A stretch of 64,000 nt of DNA from Alphaproteobacteria bacterium. Its GTDB lineage: Bacteria; Pseudomonadota; Alphaproteobacteria; UBA8317. The stretch is taken from contig JAYPQH010000030.1 of NCBI GenBank assembly GCA_038131935.1, forward strand, positions 64,001 through 128,000, given 5' to 3'. A program made the position numbers and the translations under genes. Each line of letters opens with the position of its first letter. The stretch's first letter is position 1. The notes beneath the pieces were generated by a model. That model was not told where the DNA came from. It did not search any database and worked only from the letters and a program-made list of their open reading frames with translations. This document shows, piece by piece, positions 1 to 11,707 of the stretch.

Positions 1-317
1 TCATGAGCGCAGCTTTGCAAGCTGTTGAACATATTGATAGCTGCTTGGGTGCTGTACGAGCTGCAGTTGACGAAACCCATGCTACATTATTGGTAACAGC
101 TGATCACGGAAATATTGAGATGATGAAAGACCCTGAAACAGGGGCCCCTTCAACATCTCACACGGTAGGTGAGGTTCCCTTTATTCTTTACCCCAGAACT
201 GCAGCCTCACATCTTCGTGAAGGTCGGTTATGTGACATTGCACCGACGATCCTTGATCTCATGGATTTGGAGCAGCCACAGGATATGACAGGAACGTCTC
301 TGGTGCGTGCCGTTTAA
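1..317 (+). CDS. gpmI: 2,3-bisphosphoglycerate-independent phosphoglycerate mutase, C-terminal part (5' end outside window)
   Basis: Metal-binding motifs VTADHGN and TSHT, plus GRLCDIAPTIL...MTG.SL, typical of the iPGM C-terminus. Confidence 0.93.
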   Translation, partial: MSAALQAVEHIDSCLGAVRAAVDETHATLLVTADHGNIEMMKDPETGAPSTSHTVGEVPFILYPRTAASHLREGRLCDIAPTILDLMDLEQPQDMTGTSLVRAV

Positions 318-1099
318 CCAACAAACGCGCGTTCAACGACAAACTGACCTGGCATGCTGTTGGATCCCTCTGTTAATCCTGCAGCTTCAACACAGGCTTT
401 GGTGTCTTTGATCATCGGCATGGAACCACACATCATCACACGATCTGTCTGAGCATCAAGGGGGGGCAGGTTCAACAGTTCAAAAAGCTTTTGGGAGGTA
501 ATGAGATCTGTAATGCGTCCCATGACGGGTGATGGTTCGCGCGTGCTCGTGGCTAGATGTCGAAGCTTGCCGGCTGTCATCTCTCCCAAAAATTCATGCT
601 GGGTGATTTGTTGTATCAAATCATATCCATAACGCAGCTCGGCCACTTCACGACATGTATGGGTTACAATGACCTCATCAAATTTTTCATAAGTCTCTGG
701 ATCACGCATAACGGAGGCAAATGGAGCCAGGCCGGTTCCTGTTGAGAACATATATAGGCGTTTACCAGGCAGCAGCGCATCATGAACAAGTGTCCCGGTC
801 GGTTTTTTCTTCATAAAAACACAGTCACCTTTTTTGACATGCTGTAAATGTGAGGTGAGTGGCCCGTCTGGAACCTTGATAGAATAAAATTCAAGCTCCT
901 CATCCCAAGATGGTGAGGCGACAGAATAAGCACGCCATATGCGCTCTACCTGTGGTAAACCAATCATGACAAATTCACCCGAACGAAAACGAAATTCTCG
1001 TGGGCGATGGGTGCGAAAGCGAAACAATTTTTCCGTATAATGCTCGGTCTCTAAAACCTCTAGTTGATAGCTGCCTGCAGGGATATCTGTGGTACTCAT
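314..1099 (-). CDS. fpr: Ferredoxin/flavodoxin-NADP+ reductase
   Basis: FRSGEFVMIGL, RAYS, STGTGLAPF, MMCGS and terminal VERAF motifs; start is 1099 or 1117. Confidence 0.93.
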   Translation of the reverse strand: MSTTDIPAGSYQLEVLETEHYTEKLFRFRTHRPREFRFRSGEFVMIGLPQVERIWRAYSVASPSWDEELEFYSIKVPDGPLTSHLQHVKKGDCVFMKKKPTGTLVHDALLPGKRLYMFSTGTGLAPFASVMRDPETYEKFDEVIVTHTCREVAELRYGYDLIQQITQHEFLGEMTAGKLRHLATSTREPSPVMGRITDLITSQKLFELLNLPPLDAQTDRVMMCGSMPMIKDTKACVEAAGLTEGSNSMPGQFVVERAFVG

Positions 1100-1227
1100 T
1101 GTTTTGTTCCAAGCCATTGATAATGTTTTGCATACAAGGGTTACGCGTAGCGCATGGAAGGCTGTCTTGGCAATTTCGTCGATGTTGGCCTATGGCTAAA
1201 GTTGCAAATTGTTGAAGGATTGTCGAG

Positions 1228-2112
1228 ATGAGTGGGTCATTGCTTGTCCTCATAGCCACCATAGCATTGGCCTTTAAGGGGATTATCGCCAGCCTTATTT
1301 TTCAATATGGATTGGGTGTTTCTGAACTCGTTACGTTGAGATTTGTAATTTCAGCGCCTTTTTTCCTTTTGTTTTGTCTGCTCAGTTGGTCACAGAGGTC
1401 ACATATCCAACGTCAAGATATTCCTGGTTTGGCCGCCTTAAGTGCCTTGTTCTTTGTCGGGACATACGCCGATGCTGTCTCCGTGAAATATCTTGGGGCG
1501 GGTTTGTCCCGTATGATTTTATTCCTTTTTCCCCTATTCATTATGATTTATGACGCTTTTCGCTCACAGCAAATCCCATCTTGGGAGAAATTGGCGGTCT
1601 TCTCAATTGCCTATTTGGGAATAGGTTTGATGATATTGGGGCCAGGACTTCAGTCACTAACCCATGAAATATGGATAGGGGTAGCGTGTGGGCTTACGTC
1701 CGCGCTCACCTATGCAACTTTTCTGAGGTTGAACCAGCATATGCTCAAATCCGTAAGACCTCAGGCCATTAACGCCCAAGTGGCGTTGGTGGCTTCCGTG
1801 ATGATGTTAACCCTTGAGGGTCAAAGCCTTGATCTTAGCCCCATGAATGGTGAGGTTTGGGCTTTGATTATCTTGCTCGCTATTGCGGCCACTGTCATCC
1901 CATTTTGGTTGATGTTAGAGGGTATGCGGAGAACCACAGCTGGACATGCATCCTTAATTGCCATGGTAGGTCCAGCCATAACCATGACTGCAGCGATGGT
2001 GATACTCAATGAGCAATTTAGCTTGATACAATGGGTAGGTTTTGCATTGATCATGGTGGGTATGGGGGTTTTACAATGGCCATCTCAAAGGGCAAAGTCA
2101 GCTTCACCCTAA
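1228..2112 (+). CDS. EamA/DMT family transporter
   Basis: 294 aa, about 10 hydrophobic segments, C-terminal LNE.FSLIQWVG pattern of EamA. Confidence 0.85.
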   Translation: MSGSLLVLIATIALAFKGIIASLIFQYGLGVSELVTLRFVISAPFFLLFCLLSWSQRSHIQRQDIPGLAALSALFFVGTYADAVSVKYLGAGLSRMILFLFPLFIMIYDAFRSQQIPSWEKLAVFSIAYLGIGLMILGPGLQSLTHEIWIGVACGLTSALTYATFLRLNQHMLKSVRPQAINAQVALVASVMMLTLEGQSLDLSPMNGEVWALIILLAIAATVIPFWLMLEGMRRTTAGHASLIAMVGPAITMTAAMVILNEQFSLIQWVGFALIMVGMGVLQWPSQRAKSASP

Positions 2113-2132
2113 GCCCTGCTCGCATGTTTTTC

Positions 2133-2651
2133 TTAAGATGTTGAACAAGCTGCCTTTGCGAGACCATCTGGCATTGCGTCCTGCCAAGCATCTTTTGCTA
2201 CCTGATAGTTGGCTTGTAGCAACTGTTCCTTGTCACGGATCAAGGCGAGCTTTTCCTCTGCACAATCAACCAAAACCAAGGCTTTGAGTGGCTGTTGGTA
2301 GCGTGCCCGCAAATGGCTCTCTACAAGACGTAAGCTAGGCTTGTCAGATGGGGTTTGCACGGCTGATGGGTCAATAGCGGCAAAGCGTAAAACCCGAGGA
2401 GCCACAAAACTCCACGGTGCGAAAAGACTCTGACTTGGGAATGTTTCTGCCACCACAAGATGGGGAGGAAGCGCACGCTGCGCGTGCGCAAACCAGCTAT
2501 ATTGTTGGTACATGCTATGCCCCATGACGCCGATCAATACGGCCACAGGTGTCACAAAAAAAGGTAATGGCTTTGCATACCGTGAAATAAGCTGAACCAA
2601 TGCAAACATTACGAGTCCAGCCAGCAAGCTGGTTAGCAAATCAACAGCCAT
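2133..2651 (-). CDS. Hypothetical membrane protein at the end of the ABC operon
   Basis: 172 aa ORF with two N-terminal TM segments, co-oriented 30 bp after the LivF-like gene. Confidence 0.7.
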   Translation of the reverse strand: MAVDLLTSLLAGLVMFALVQLISRYAKPLPFFVTPVAVLIGVMGHSMYQQYSWFAHAQRALPPHLVVAETFPSQSLFAPWSFVAPRVLRFAAIDPSAVQTPSDKPSLRLVESHLRARYQQPLKALVLVDCAEEKLALIRDKEQLLQANYQVAKDAWQDAMPDGLAKAACSTS

Positions 2652-2681
2652 ATTCCCATCACTTTTTTTGCGGCAACCTTA

Positions 2682-3431
2682 TTAGATTGCTAGATATTCC
2701 CGACGAAGATCAGCATTGTCCAGAACTTCTTTAGCCGTTCCATCAAACACCACCGAACCGGTGTCGAGTATCACGGAACGGTCGGACAATTCTAGGGCCG
2801 CAATGGCATTTTGTTCAACAATGATGGTTGTGATTCCTTGTTCGCGAATATGATGGAGTGTTTTTTCAATTTCTTGAACGATCACCGGTGCTAGCCCCTC
2901 GAAAGGTTCATCGAGCAATAAGACTTTAATATCGCGAGCAAGGGCCCTGGCAATGGCCAACATTTGCTGTTCACCACCTGACAAGGTAACGCCTTCTTGT
3001 TTCTTCCGCTCGCCAAGTCTTGGGAAAAGGTCATAGATTCGATCTAACGTCCAACCAACAGGTTCAACAATCTGTGCCAGCTGAAGGTTTTCTTCAACAG
3101 TTAAGCCAGGAATAATACGCCTATCTTCAGGAACCAGCGCACAACCTGCAACCGCAGCTTCATGGGCTTTCATACTATGCAGATGCTGATGGTCGAGCCA
3201 GATTTCACCTTGGACCAATTGCGGGTCACCAAGTCTGGCAATGGTTCGCAACGTTGAGGTTTTACCTGCCCCGTTGCGGCCAAGTAACGCCAAGATTTCA
3301 CCTTCATGAACATTAAAGCTTATTCCTTGAACAATGTAGCTTTCGCCATAATATGCGTGGACATTGTATAAGGACAGATAAGCGGGTGCTGTTGAGGCAT
3401 GATTGGCATTTTTTTCAAGTTTGGATTCCAT
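2682..3431 (-). CDS. ABC transporter ATP-binding protein (LivF-like)
   Basis: GRNGAGKT, LSGGEQQML, LLLDEP; start moved to MESKLEK (3431) because the longer ORF overlaps the LivG-like gene. Confidence 0.92.
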   Translation of the reverse strand: MESKLEKNANHASTAPAYLSLYNVHAYYGESYIVQGISFNVHEGEILALLGRNGAGKTSTLRTIARLGDPQLVQGEIWLDHQHLHSMKAHEAAVAGCALVPEDRRIIPGLTVEENLQLAQIVEPVGWTLDRIYDLFPRLGERKKQEGVTLSGGEQQMLAIARALARDIKVLLLDEPFEGLAPVIVQEIEKTLHHIREQGITTIIVEQNAIAALELSDRSVILDTGSVVFDGTAKEVLDNADLRREYLAI

Positions 3432-3444
3432 AATATCAGTCCTC

Positions 3445-4200
3445 TCAACCATGCCCGCCAAGATAAGCTTCTTGAACTTTGGGGTGACCTTTGATGTTTT
3501 CTGGCTTGTCATCGACAAGTGGCGTGCCGCGCGCCATGACGGTGACATGCTCTGCGAGAGAAAAGACAACATGCATATCATGTTCGATGATGGCCATGGT
3601 AATTTTTCGCTTGGAACGAATTTCTTTAAGCAAATCGATGGTGTTGTTGGTATCTGCACGCGCCATGCCTGCGGTCGGTTCATCCAACAACAAAAGCTCA
3701 GGTTCTTGGCTGAGACACATGGCCATTTCCAGACGCCTTTTGTCACCTCGCGACATACTTGCTGCGCGCATCTGCCTTTTATCAATCATGTTCACATCTT
3801 GGAGCATCATCTCAGCTTGCTCCAGGATATCTCTCTCATCGCGAACAGCACGAAAAGCTTTTAAGCTGAATGAGCCGTCCCTTTTGGCCAACAAGGGTAT
3901 CAAGATATTCTCCATCACCGTCAGATCGCCAAAGATTTCTGGTGTTTGAAAGACCCTGCTGATTCCCAGCTGGTTAATTTGGTAGGGTTTGCGCCCAATC
4001 AAGCTAGCCCCTTTGAACGTAACGGTCCCTTCATCAGGTGTGAGTTTCCCAACAAGGCAATTCAGCAAGGTCGATTTGCCCGCCCCATTGGGGCCAATAA
4101 TGGCATGGACGCTATCTTCCTTGATGGCGATGTTAACGTTGTCTAGTGCTTTGAGTCCTCCAAAACGTTTGGAGACGCCTTTGATTTCAAGTATGCTCAA
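3445..4200 (-). CDS. ABC transporter ATP-binding protein (LivG-like)
   Basis: GPNGAGKST, LLLDEPTAG, IEHDM, C-terminal EAYLG. Confidence 0.93.
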   Translation of the reverse strand: MSILEIKGVSKRFGGLKALDNVNIAIKEDSVHAIIGPNGAGKSTLLNCLVGKLTPDEGTVTFKGASLIGRKPYQINQLGISRVFQTPEIFGDLTVMENILIPLLAKRDGSFSLKAFRAVRDERDILEQAEMMLQDVNMIDKRQMRAASMSRGDKRRLEMAMCLSQEPELLLLDEPTAGMARADTNNTIDLLKEIRSKRKITMAIIEHDMHVVFSLAEHVTVMARGTPLVDDKPENIKGHPKVQEAYLGGHG

Positions 4201-4211
4201 CTGCTTGCTCC

Positions 4212-5417
4212 TTATTCTGAAGGTTCAACTTGCCGTTGGGTTTGGCCGGCAGAATTTTTTTCGTTATTTTTACTGAACATTTTACCGATCTTTTGAGCGC
4301 CCTCGACAAGACCACCTGGTAGGAAAATCACAACCAGCATAAATACCAAGCCAAGTGTAAGATGCCAGCCTTTACCAACAAAGGGGTAAAAAATTGCAAC
4401 GATAACGTCTTCCAATCCATCAGGCATGAAGGCGAACCATTGATGCAAAATCTCAGAATTGATCTTGGATATGATGTTTTCCATATATTTGATCACACTT
4501 GCTCCCAAGATCGGTCCAATCAAAGTTCCCACCCCGCCAAGAATGGTCATCAGAACCACTTCGCCACTGGCGGTCCAAAACATGCGTTCGGGGCCTACTT
4601 GGGTATCCATGGCAACCATTAAGCCGCCAGCAAGGCCAGCATACATACCGGAGATCACAAAGGCAGCAAGCGTATGTGGTTTTGGGCTCAAACCCGTGTA
4701 ATTCATTCGCTGCTGATTGGATTTCACTGCACGCAACATCATCCCAAATGGTGATCGGAATATGCGGATCGCAATATATAAGCTGACCAGCATGAACAGT
4801 GCTGCCACATAATAGCCCATGTTAAAGGTGAAGGCCCATTGTCCCAATTCCCACTCAATGCTGTTGGTCATTTGAATACCAAACAATTCCGCCCGTGGGG
4901 CTTCCCCAGGTTGCAAAGCAGCATCTAATATCCGTGGATCGTCTAATTTTGGTTGCAAGCCTGTTTCTCCACCTGTAATTGGCGTGAGAACCGAATAGGC
5001 AAGAGCATAAGACATTTGAGCAAAAGCCAAGGTGAGAATAGAGAAATAAATTCCAGTTCTTCTGAGTGAAACATAACCCACCAACACTGAAAATAACCCT
5101 GCAATCAGGACAGCCATAATGATGGCTGGGAAAACATTTACCGTAAACAATTTGATCATCCAAATCGCTGCATAGCTTCCCACGCCTAAAAAGGCTGCAT
5201 GGCCGAAGGAAAGATAGCCGGTTAATCCAAATAAAATATTAAACCCGATGGCAAAAATACCAAAAATGACAAATCGCTGCATCAAGTCAGGATAGCCTGC
5301 ATTGAATTGTGCCAGTTCGGAACCCTCTGGAAAGGGGTTCAATAGGATAGGCGCAAACATGGTGAGGATCGCCACCACGATGAAAAGAAACAGATCTTTG
5401 CGTTCAAGTCCGAGCAT
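4212..5417 (-). CDS. Branched-chain amino acid-type ABC permease (LivM-like)
   Basis: [29 protein letters not shown] motifs. Confidence 0.92.
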   Translation of the reverse strand: MLGLERKDLFLFIVVAILTMFAPILLNPFPEGSELAQFNAGYPDLMQRFVIFGIFAIGFNILFGLTGYLSFGHAAFLGVGSYAAIWMIKLFTVNVFPAIIMAVLIAGLFSVLVGYVSLRRTGIYFSILTLAFAQMSYALAYSVLTPITGGETGLQPKLDDPRILDAALQPGEAPRAELFGIQMTNSIEWELGQWAFTFNMGYYVAALFMLVSLYIAIRIFRSPFGMMLRAVKSNQQRMNYTGLSPKPHTLAAFVISGMYAGLAGGLMVAMDTQVGPERMFWTASGEVVLMTILGGVGTLIGPILGASVIKYMENIISKINSEILHQWFAFMPDGLEDVIVAIFYPFVGKGWHLTLGLVFMLVVIFLPGGLVEGAQKIGKMFSKNNEKNSAGQTQRQVEPSE

Positions 5418-5420
5418 GAC

Positions 5421-6461
5421 TTAGTCCTCCATCACGCCGCGACGGCCCATAAGGCCGCGAGGACGGGTCAATAGGATGATGATGGCCACCAGATAAATAA
5501 TGATTTGGTTGATGCCTGGGATAAAGGCGATGACTTCCTTCATGGATGCGAAGCTCTCGAGAATACCTAGCAAAAAACCTGCCAAGACAGCCCCAGGAAG
5601 CGAACCCATGCCACCGACGACGACAACCACAAAGCTTAAGACAAGAAAGTCCATGCCCATATGATAATTGGGGGCATTAATGGGGGTGTACATCAATCCA
5701 GCCAAACCTGCGACAACCGCCGCCAAGGCAAACATTATGGTAAAACGACGATCGATATTGATACCCAACAACCCAACAGTTTCTCGATCTGCCATCCCCG
5801 CGCGTACAACCATACCAAAGGTGGTGAATTGTAAAAAACAGAAGACAGCACCGATAATTGTTAAAGAAAATAGAAAGTAAACGAGGCGCCAATAAGGGTA
5901 AATAATGCTATTTTCTGCAAGACCAATCATCGCACCAAAATCAAAGCTACCTGCAAAAACTTCAGGAGCTGGGGTTGGGATAGGGTTGGCGCCATAAAAC
6001 AACTTGATGATTTCTTGAAGAACAATGGCAAGTCCAAAGGTGACCAAGATCTGGTCAGCATGGGGTCTTTTGTAAAAATGTTTGATCAGGCCACGCTCCA
6101 TCGCAAAGCCTATGGCAATCATCACAGGTATCGCAAAAACAATGGCTAAGGGCACTGCCCAGTCGAGCACAAATCCACCCCATTCTGCGCCCAACCAATG
6201 CTCTATATAAGGGGTGTCAACCTTGAGGGGGTTTCCTAAAAAATCTTTGCGGGTAGGATCGATCGTTTCAAACGAGATATTGATAAGACGCTGAAATGTG
6301 ACCGCGCAGAATGCTCCCACCATGAAAAGTGCGCCATGGGCGAAGTTGACAACACCAAGTGTTCCAAAAATCAATGTAAGTCCCAGAGCGATCAGGGCAT
6401 AAGCGGACCCCTTATCTAAGCCGTTGAGTATTTGCAACAAAATTGCATCCATCATCCCCAC
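5421..6461 (-). CDS. Branched-chain amino acid-type ABC permease (LivH-like)
   Basis: YALIALGLTLIFG..GVVNFAHG, VVVVGGMGS. Confidence 0.92.
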   Translation of the reverse strand: MGMMDAILLQILNGLDKGSAYALIALGLTLIFGTLGVVNFAHGALFMVGAFCAVTFQRLINISFETIDPTRKDFLGNPLKVDTPYIEHWLGAEWGGFVLDWAVPLAIVFAIPVMIAIGFAMERGLIKHFYKRPHADQILVTFGLAIVLQEIIKLFYGANPIPTPAPEVFAGSFDFGAMIGLAENSIIYPYWRLVYFLFSLTIIGAVFCFLQFTTFGMVVRAGMADRETVGLLGINIDRRFTIMFALAAVVAGLAGLMYTPINAPNYHMGMDFLVLSFVVVVVGGMGSLPGAVLAGFLLGILESFASMKEVIAFIPGINQIIIYLVAIIILLTRPRGLMGRRGVMED

Positions 6462-6512
6462 CTTTCACTGCATGACGTAAGCCTGGCACATATGAGATAT
6501 GGCCAGTTAAAG

Positions 6513-6537
6513 AAGCCAGCCGTAAGGCGGCTGGCTT
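6513..6537 (-). terminator. Strong hairpin between substrate-binding gene and first permease (partial terminator or mRNA-stabilising stem)
   Basis: Perfect 10-bp stem AAGCCAGCCG-TAAGG-CGGCTGGCTT, followed by CTTT on the minus strand. Confidence 0.7.
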
Positions 6538-6554
6538 GTTCGATTGTAGGACTA

Positions 6555-7946
6555 TTAGGCGCCTGGGTTGCAGGTTCCCAGATTGCCGCCAAAAATGGCT
6601 GCATCATAGGTAACTTGAGAAACAGGCGTGATTTCAACAACTTCCAGAAGGTCGAATTCTGAGGTGGGGTTTTCTTTACCACGCACAACCAGAACGTCTT
6701 TGAAGCATTGGTGGTCATTGGCGCGGTAGAGTGTTGGACCATTGCCCAAGCCGTCGAATTTGAATCCTTCCAAAGCTTCCACAACCGCACAAGGGTTGAA
6801 GCTTTTGGCCCTTGTAACAGCATCCGCATACAATAAGGTTTGGCAATATACGGTATGTGCCGCCTGGCTTGGTGGGAAGCCATACTTTTCACCAAACGAA
6901 CGCACAAATGCGGCTGACGCAGCATCTGGTGCAATTTGGTTGCCTTTGGCGTCTTTGAAACCTTGAGCCAAGGACCAATGCCAGTTGGTTGATCCAAAAA
7001 TGCCCTTAACGTTGGCACCTGCACCCTTAGCCATCAAACGAGAATATAGGGGAACAACAATTTCAAAGTTTTTCCCATTAACTTGTTTAGAGCGGAGTCC
7101 AAACTGCACAGCATTGGTCAATGAGTTAACCATATTGCCGCCATAATGGTTGAGGACGAGTACGTCGGCACCCGATTGCAACACAGGGGCAATATAGGAA
7201 GAAAAGTCCGTTTGCGTTAAGGGTGTACGCACTGCAGCAACTGTTTCCCAACCCATGGCCTCAGTTGAATTTTTGACGGCTTCTTCCGTTGTGTACCCCC
7301 AGTTATAGTCGGCGGTAAGGTGGTAAGCCTTGCGGTCTTTGCCATAAGCTCCAGCAAGAACCGGCGCCAGGGCTGCACCTGACATGTAAGAGTTGAAGAA
7401 GTGACGGAAGCCGTTGGCTTTTTTGTCTTTTCCAGTTGTATCATTGGAGTGGGTTAGGCCAGCCATGAAGATGACACCAGCTTCTTGGCAAAGTGCTTGC
7501 ACAGCCACAGCCACACCTGATGATGAACCACCGGTGATCATGATGGCGCCATCTTTTTCAATCATGGAGCGTGCTGACGCACGCGCGGCGTCTGATTTTG
7601 TCTGGGTATCACCTGTCACATAGGTAACTTTCTTCCCCAAAATACCTGTTCCATCAAGAACCTTCGAAGAAAAGGTATTAAGCATACCGCCATCACCGAC
7701 GCCATTGAGGTGGTCGACAGCCAATTTATAGGCACGCAATTCGTCCGCACCCTCATCAGCGTAAGCGCCTGTTTGAGGTACGTTAAAGCCTAATGTGACT
7801 GTGCTACCTGTGGGAGCATTGGTGAAGCCACTATGACCACCAGCCCATGAAGCTGATGTGAAGATTGTTGGCATTGCCAACCCTACACCAGCTGCCGTTG
7901 ACACTTTTAACATGTCCCTGCGGGACCATTTTGTATGAGCGCTCAA
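6555..7946 (-). CDS. ABC substrate-binding protein (Leu/Ile/Val-binding fold) with Tat signal peptide
   Basis: SRRDMLK twin-arginine motif; GGAGG RBS before TTG at 7946; PBP1 motifs GDTQTK, GGSSS, TADYNWG. Confidence 0.9.
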   Translation of the reverse strand: MSAHTKWSRRDMLKVSTAAGVGLAMPTIFTSASWAGGHSGFTNAPTGSTVTLGFNVPQTGAYADEGADELRAYKLAVDHLNGVGDGGMLNTFSSKVLDGTGILGKKVTYVTGDTQTKSDAARASARSMIEKDGAIMITGGSSSGVAVAVQALCQEAGVIFMAGLTHSNDTTGKDKKANGFRHFFNSYMSGAALAPVLAGAYGKDRKAYHLTADYNWGYTTEEAVKNSTEAMGWETVAAVRTPLTQTDFSSYIAPVLQSGADVLVLNHYGGNMVNSLTNAVQFGLRSKQVNGKNFEIVVPLYSRLMAKGAGANVKGIFGSTNWHWSLAQGFKDAKGNQIAPDAASAAFVRSFGEKYGFPPSQAAHTVYCQTLLYADAVTRAKSFNPCAVVEALEGFKFDGLGNGPTLYRANDHQCFKDVLVVRGKENPTSEFDLLEVVEITPVSQVTYDAAIFGGNLGTCNPGA

Positions 7947-8126
7947 ATTACCCTCCCTTGGTTTCGTTATGGCGCAACGCATGAAGTGTTTTGGGTATTT
8001 TTTTCTTGTTATTCGTCCACTACACTTGACTGCTAAAATAGGCAGACATGAAGATACATCACAATAAAAATTATCACTGTATTTGTAATACTTTAGGGCA
8101 AGATAATGCAGGTTTTTGGGCGATGC

Positions 8127-8157
8127 TTAGACTTTTGTAGTTGTCCTTTTGTCGTAA
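8127..8157. promoter_or_regulatory. Two tandem degenerate GAC-N4-GTC-like boxes, candidate CrbR/ErdR operator
   Basis: TTAGACTTTTGTAGT followed by TGTCCTTTTGTCGTAA in the divergent promoter region; both copies are imperfect. Confidence 0.35.
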
Positions 8158-8203
8158 ATTGCTCTTTGATAATGTTACCTTGAAGCAACTTTATTGGTAA
8201 AAA

Positions 8204-11200
8204 ATGATGTTGGATCCTTTCTTCATTACTTTGATCCTTTCTATTTATCTTGCGTTCCTCATTTTTGCAGCTGCGAAATTGGAGCATGTAAGTAGGTCTT
8301 CACGCGTTGCGCCCTTGGTCTATGTTTTGGGTCTTGCTGTATATTGTACCTCATGGACATTTTTTGGCTCAGTAGGCCTGGCAGCCAACTCCGGTTGGGC
8401 ATTCGCATTTGTTTATCTTGGACCGATCTTTTTGTTCATCGCTGGTCGCTCCTTCCTTCAACGATTTGTTGATATGGCCAGGGATAACAATGTGACCTCA
8501 TTGGCGGACTTTTTAGGGGCCCGTTATGGGAAGAGTCGAGGTCTTGCTGTTATGGTAACGCTCACCATGTTGCTGGTTTCACTTCCTTATCTGGCACTTC
8601 AAATCAAAGCTATTGATAATTCAGTAGGTTTTTTGGTGGCTTCTGATGATGTAGGGGAAGGGATTTCATTGCCGCTTTTGTTGGTGCTGGCATTTTTTGC
8701 AACCTCCTTCATTGGACGTGATGGGGGGGTGTCTGCACGATCAAATGGATTGTTGGTCACGGTCGTCATTGAATCTGCGCTCAAAATCACCGCCGCGGTT
8801 TTGGTAGGAGGCAGCCTGATGGTGCTGTTTGGAGAGCAACAGGTTTTTCGACAAGAAGCATGGCAACAAATTTCTATCAAGACGCCACCATGGCCGGACA
8901 TGGCCATTATTACATTGATTTCCGCGGCTGCAGCACTTTGTTTGCCGAGGCAATTTCATATGATGGTTCTTGAATATCCTAAAAAACAAGACGGTTTGAA
9001 AGCCGCATCATGGGGGTTCCCTCTTTATCTTGTCTTGATCAACCTCTTTGTTGTGCCTGTCGCCATGATTGGCAGCGATATGTTTGGACAAACACCCATG
9101 CCCGCAGATCTCTATCTTTTGGCGGTTCCCTCTGCTGTTCAAGCAGACTGGCTGGCCGTTTTGGCTCTTTTGGGTGGGTTTTCCGCCGCCACAGCCATGA
9201 TATTGGTTACCTCTTTTGCACTGTCTACCATGATTACCAACGAAGTGATGGTGCCAACGGTCCTGACTTTTTCATCCCGCGGGGATCGGTTTGATGCGCG
9301 TAAGTTGGTTATTTATCGCAGGGCAGCAATCGTATTGATCTTACTGTCTTCATACATGGCCTACCGTTGGATGGCTCATGATCGTGGCTTATGGAAATCG
9401 GACTGGTGTCATTTGCAGGTGTGGCCCAATTTGCTCCACCTTTGGTTGCCGCTGTGCTTTGGCAAAAAGCAAGTAAAAAGGGCGCTGTCATCGGTCTCAG
9501 CATGGGGCTATTATCTTGGGTCTGTTTGGTTATGGTGCCTGAATTGGGGCTAGGTATGCCTCAATTGGCTTTGGAACATTGGTTCCCTGGCGTCTTGTTG
9601 CCTTTGCTACCCGGTGAGACAAATTTTTCCCAAGCGACCTTATTATCTATAGGTCTAAATGTTGTCTGCCTTGTGTTGTTTTCAAAAGTTTTTCCCGCCA
9701 CAAAAACAGAGCATTTGCAAACCCTACGCTTCACAGATCCTTTTCGGGCGGTTCGCCGACATCGGGAACGTGTTTTAGAAAATGGTTATGGCACGATCAC
9801 AGTGGGTGATCTTCGGCAATTGTTAGAACCATATTTAGGCGAAAATGCGGTGCAACAATTGTTGCGTGAAAAGGCTGAAATATCGGGGCAGCTCATTGCT
9901 GACCAAACCCCCGTAAGTATCACTCTTTTGCGTGATGGAGAAAGATTACTTGCAGGGGTTCTAGGGGTCTCTAGCGCGCGCCTCGTTTTAGGTATGGCGT
10001 TAGAAAGACAAAGGTTAAATGTTGACGTAACCATGTCTTTGTTGGATGACGCGACGGAAGCTATCCAGTATTCTCGTGCCGTGTTGGAGGCGACCATTGA
10101 GAATGTCTCTCAAGGCATAGGTGTTTTTGACCAAAATTTAACCTTGATTTGTCGAAACGAACATTTTGTTGATCGACTAAGATTGCCACAGCGTCTGGTT
10201 GGTATAGGCACGCCCCTAGAAGACATCCTCGTCTATCTGGCTCAAATCGGCGACTTTGGTCCCGGTGATATTCATGACCTTGTGGCTCAGAGGATGGCGG
10301 TTTATCGACGCGAGGAGGAAGAACGTTTGGTGCGTACCCGACCTGATGGAACGGTTCTGGAAATCATCACCACGCCGATACCAAACCTTGGTGTTGTCGC
10401 GAGTTATAATGACATTACAGATGAAGTGCGGGCTCAGGAGACGTTAAAAATGGCAAACGCCTTGTTGGAGCGTAGGGTAGGTGAACGTACAAGAGAATTG
10501 CGAGATACCAACAAGGCATTGCGCCAAGCGCAACTTCAAGCGGAACAAGCCAATCGCTCCAAAACGAGGTTTCTGGCAGCTGCAAGTCATGACCTCTTGC
10601 AACCTCTGAATGCCGCACGGTTGTTCGTGTCATCGCTTGAAGGAAGGATCGATGCACAAGATGATCGGCTGCTGCTGCAGCGTGCCGAAGTATCTTTGGC
10701 GGCTGTTGATGACTTGTTAAACACGTTGCTTGATATCACAAAATTGGATGCTGGTGTGATGCCTGTTCATGTATCTCAATTCCCGTTGGATGATATCTTA
10801 GCGCCCTTGACCGTCGAATTCTCCGCCTTTGCTGAGCGAAAAAACCTCAAATTAATTTATGTGCCCACGACAGCGATGGTTCGTTCAGATCCCAAATTGT
10901 TGCGGCGTGTGGTTGCAAACTTTCTTGCAAATGCGGTGCGTTATACAGAACAAGGTCGAATTCTTCTTGGATGTCGTCACCAAAATGATCAACTCATTTT
11001 GCAGGTGATAGACACGGGTGTGGGAATTGATGAACAGAAAATACCAGATATTTTCAAAGAATTTTCTCGATTGGAGAGCACAGAAAATATGTCCCATGGT
11101 TTGGGGTTAGGGCTCTCTATTGTTCAACGAATCGCCAACGCATTGGGTCATGAGCTGGGTATTGCCTCCAAATTGCGTAAAGGTACGCTCATGAGTATCA

Positions 11201-11652
11201 GCCTTCCTAAGGTGGCTCATAAAAAAGTTTTCACAACCAAGCCGGTGAAAGCAAAACCTCAAAATGCCAGTGGTTTTGAGGGTTTGCGGGCGTGGGTCAT
11301 TGATGATGAACCTGATATACGTTTGGCGATGAAAACGCTTCTTGAGCGTTGGAAGCTTCACGTTGAGGTTTTTGCGACCGCAGGCGATGTGCTGCGCAGC
11401 TGTGAACAGGTGGGGCCGCCGGATCTATTATTGGCAGACAATTATCTTTCTTCTCAAGTCACTGGTATGGATGTGATCACTCAGATCAAACATAAAAATC
11501 CAGCGGCCAAAGCAGTTTTGATCACTGCTGATCGAACTGATGCGCTTAAATCTCATGCCGACAATTTGTCCGTGCCGGTGCTCTATAAGCCCTTACGTCC
11601 AGCAGCGCTCAGGGCCACTTTGATGCATCTGGTGCAACGTACAGATCCGTGA
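8204..11652 (+). CDS. Hybrid sensor kinase with N-terminal SLC5/Na+:solute symporter domain, PAS, HisKA, HATPase and REC (CrbS/MxtR-like); one frameshift near 9390
   Basis: AVYCTSWTFFGSVG and LPRQFH in the first ORF; FAGVAQFAP, AAASHDLLQPL, G-boxes and a receiver domain in the second; frames join at ...DRGL/MEIG. Confidence 0.88.
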
Positions 11653-11707
11653 TGTGTGCCTTTGTTGTCAAAAATGCTTAGGATCAATTCTTTAAGGGGC
11701 TTAATTG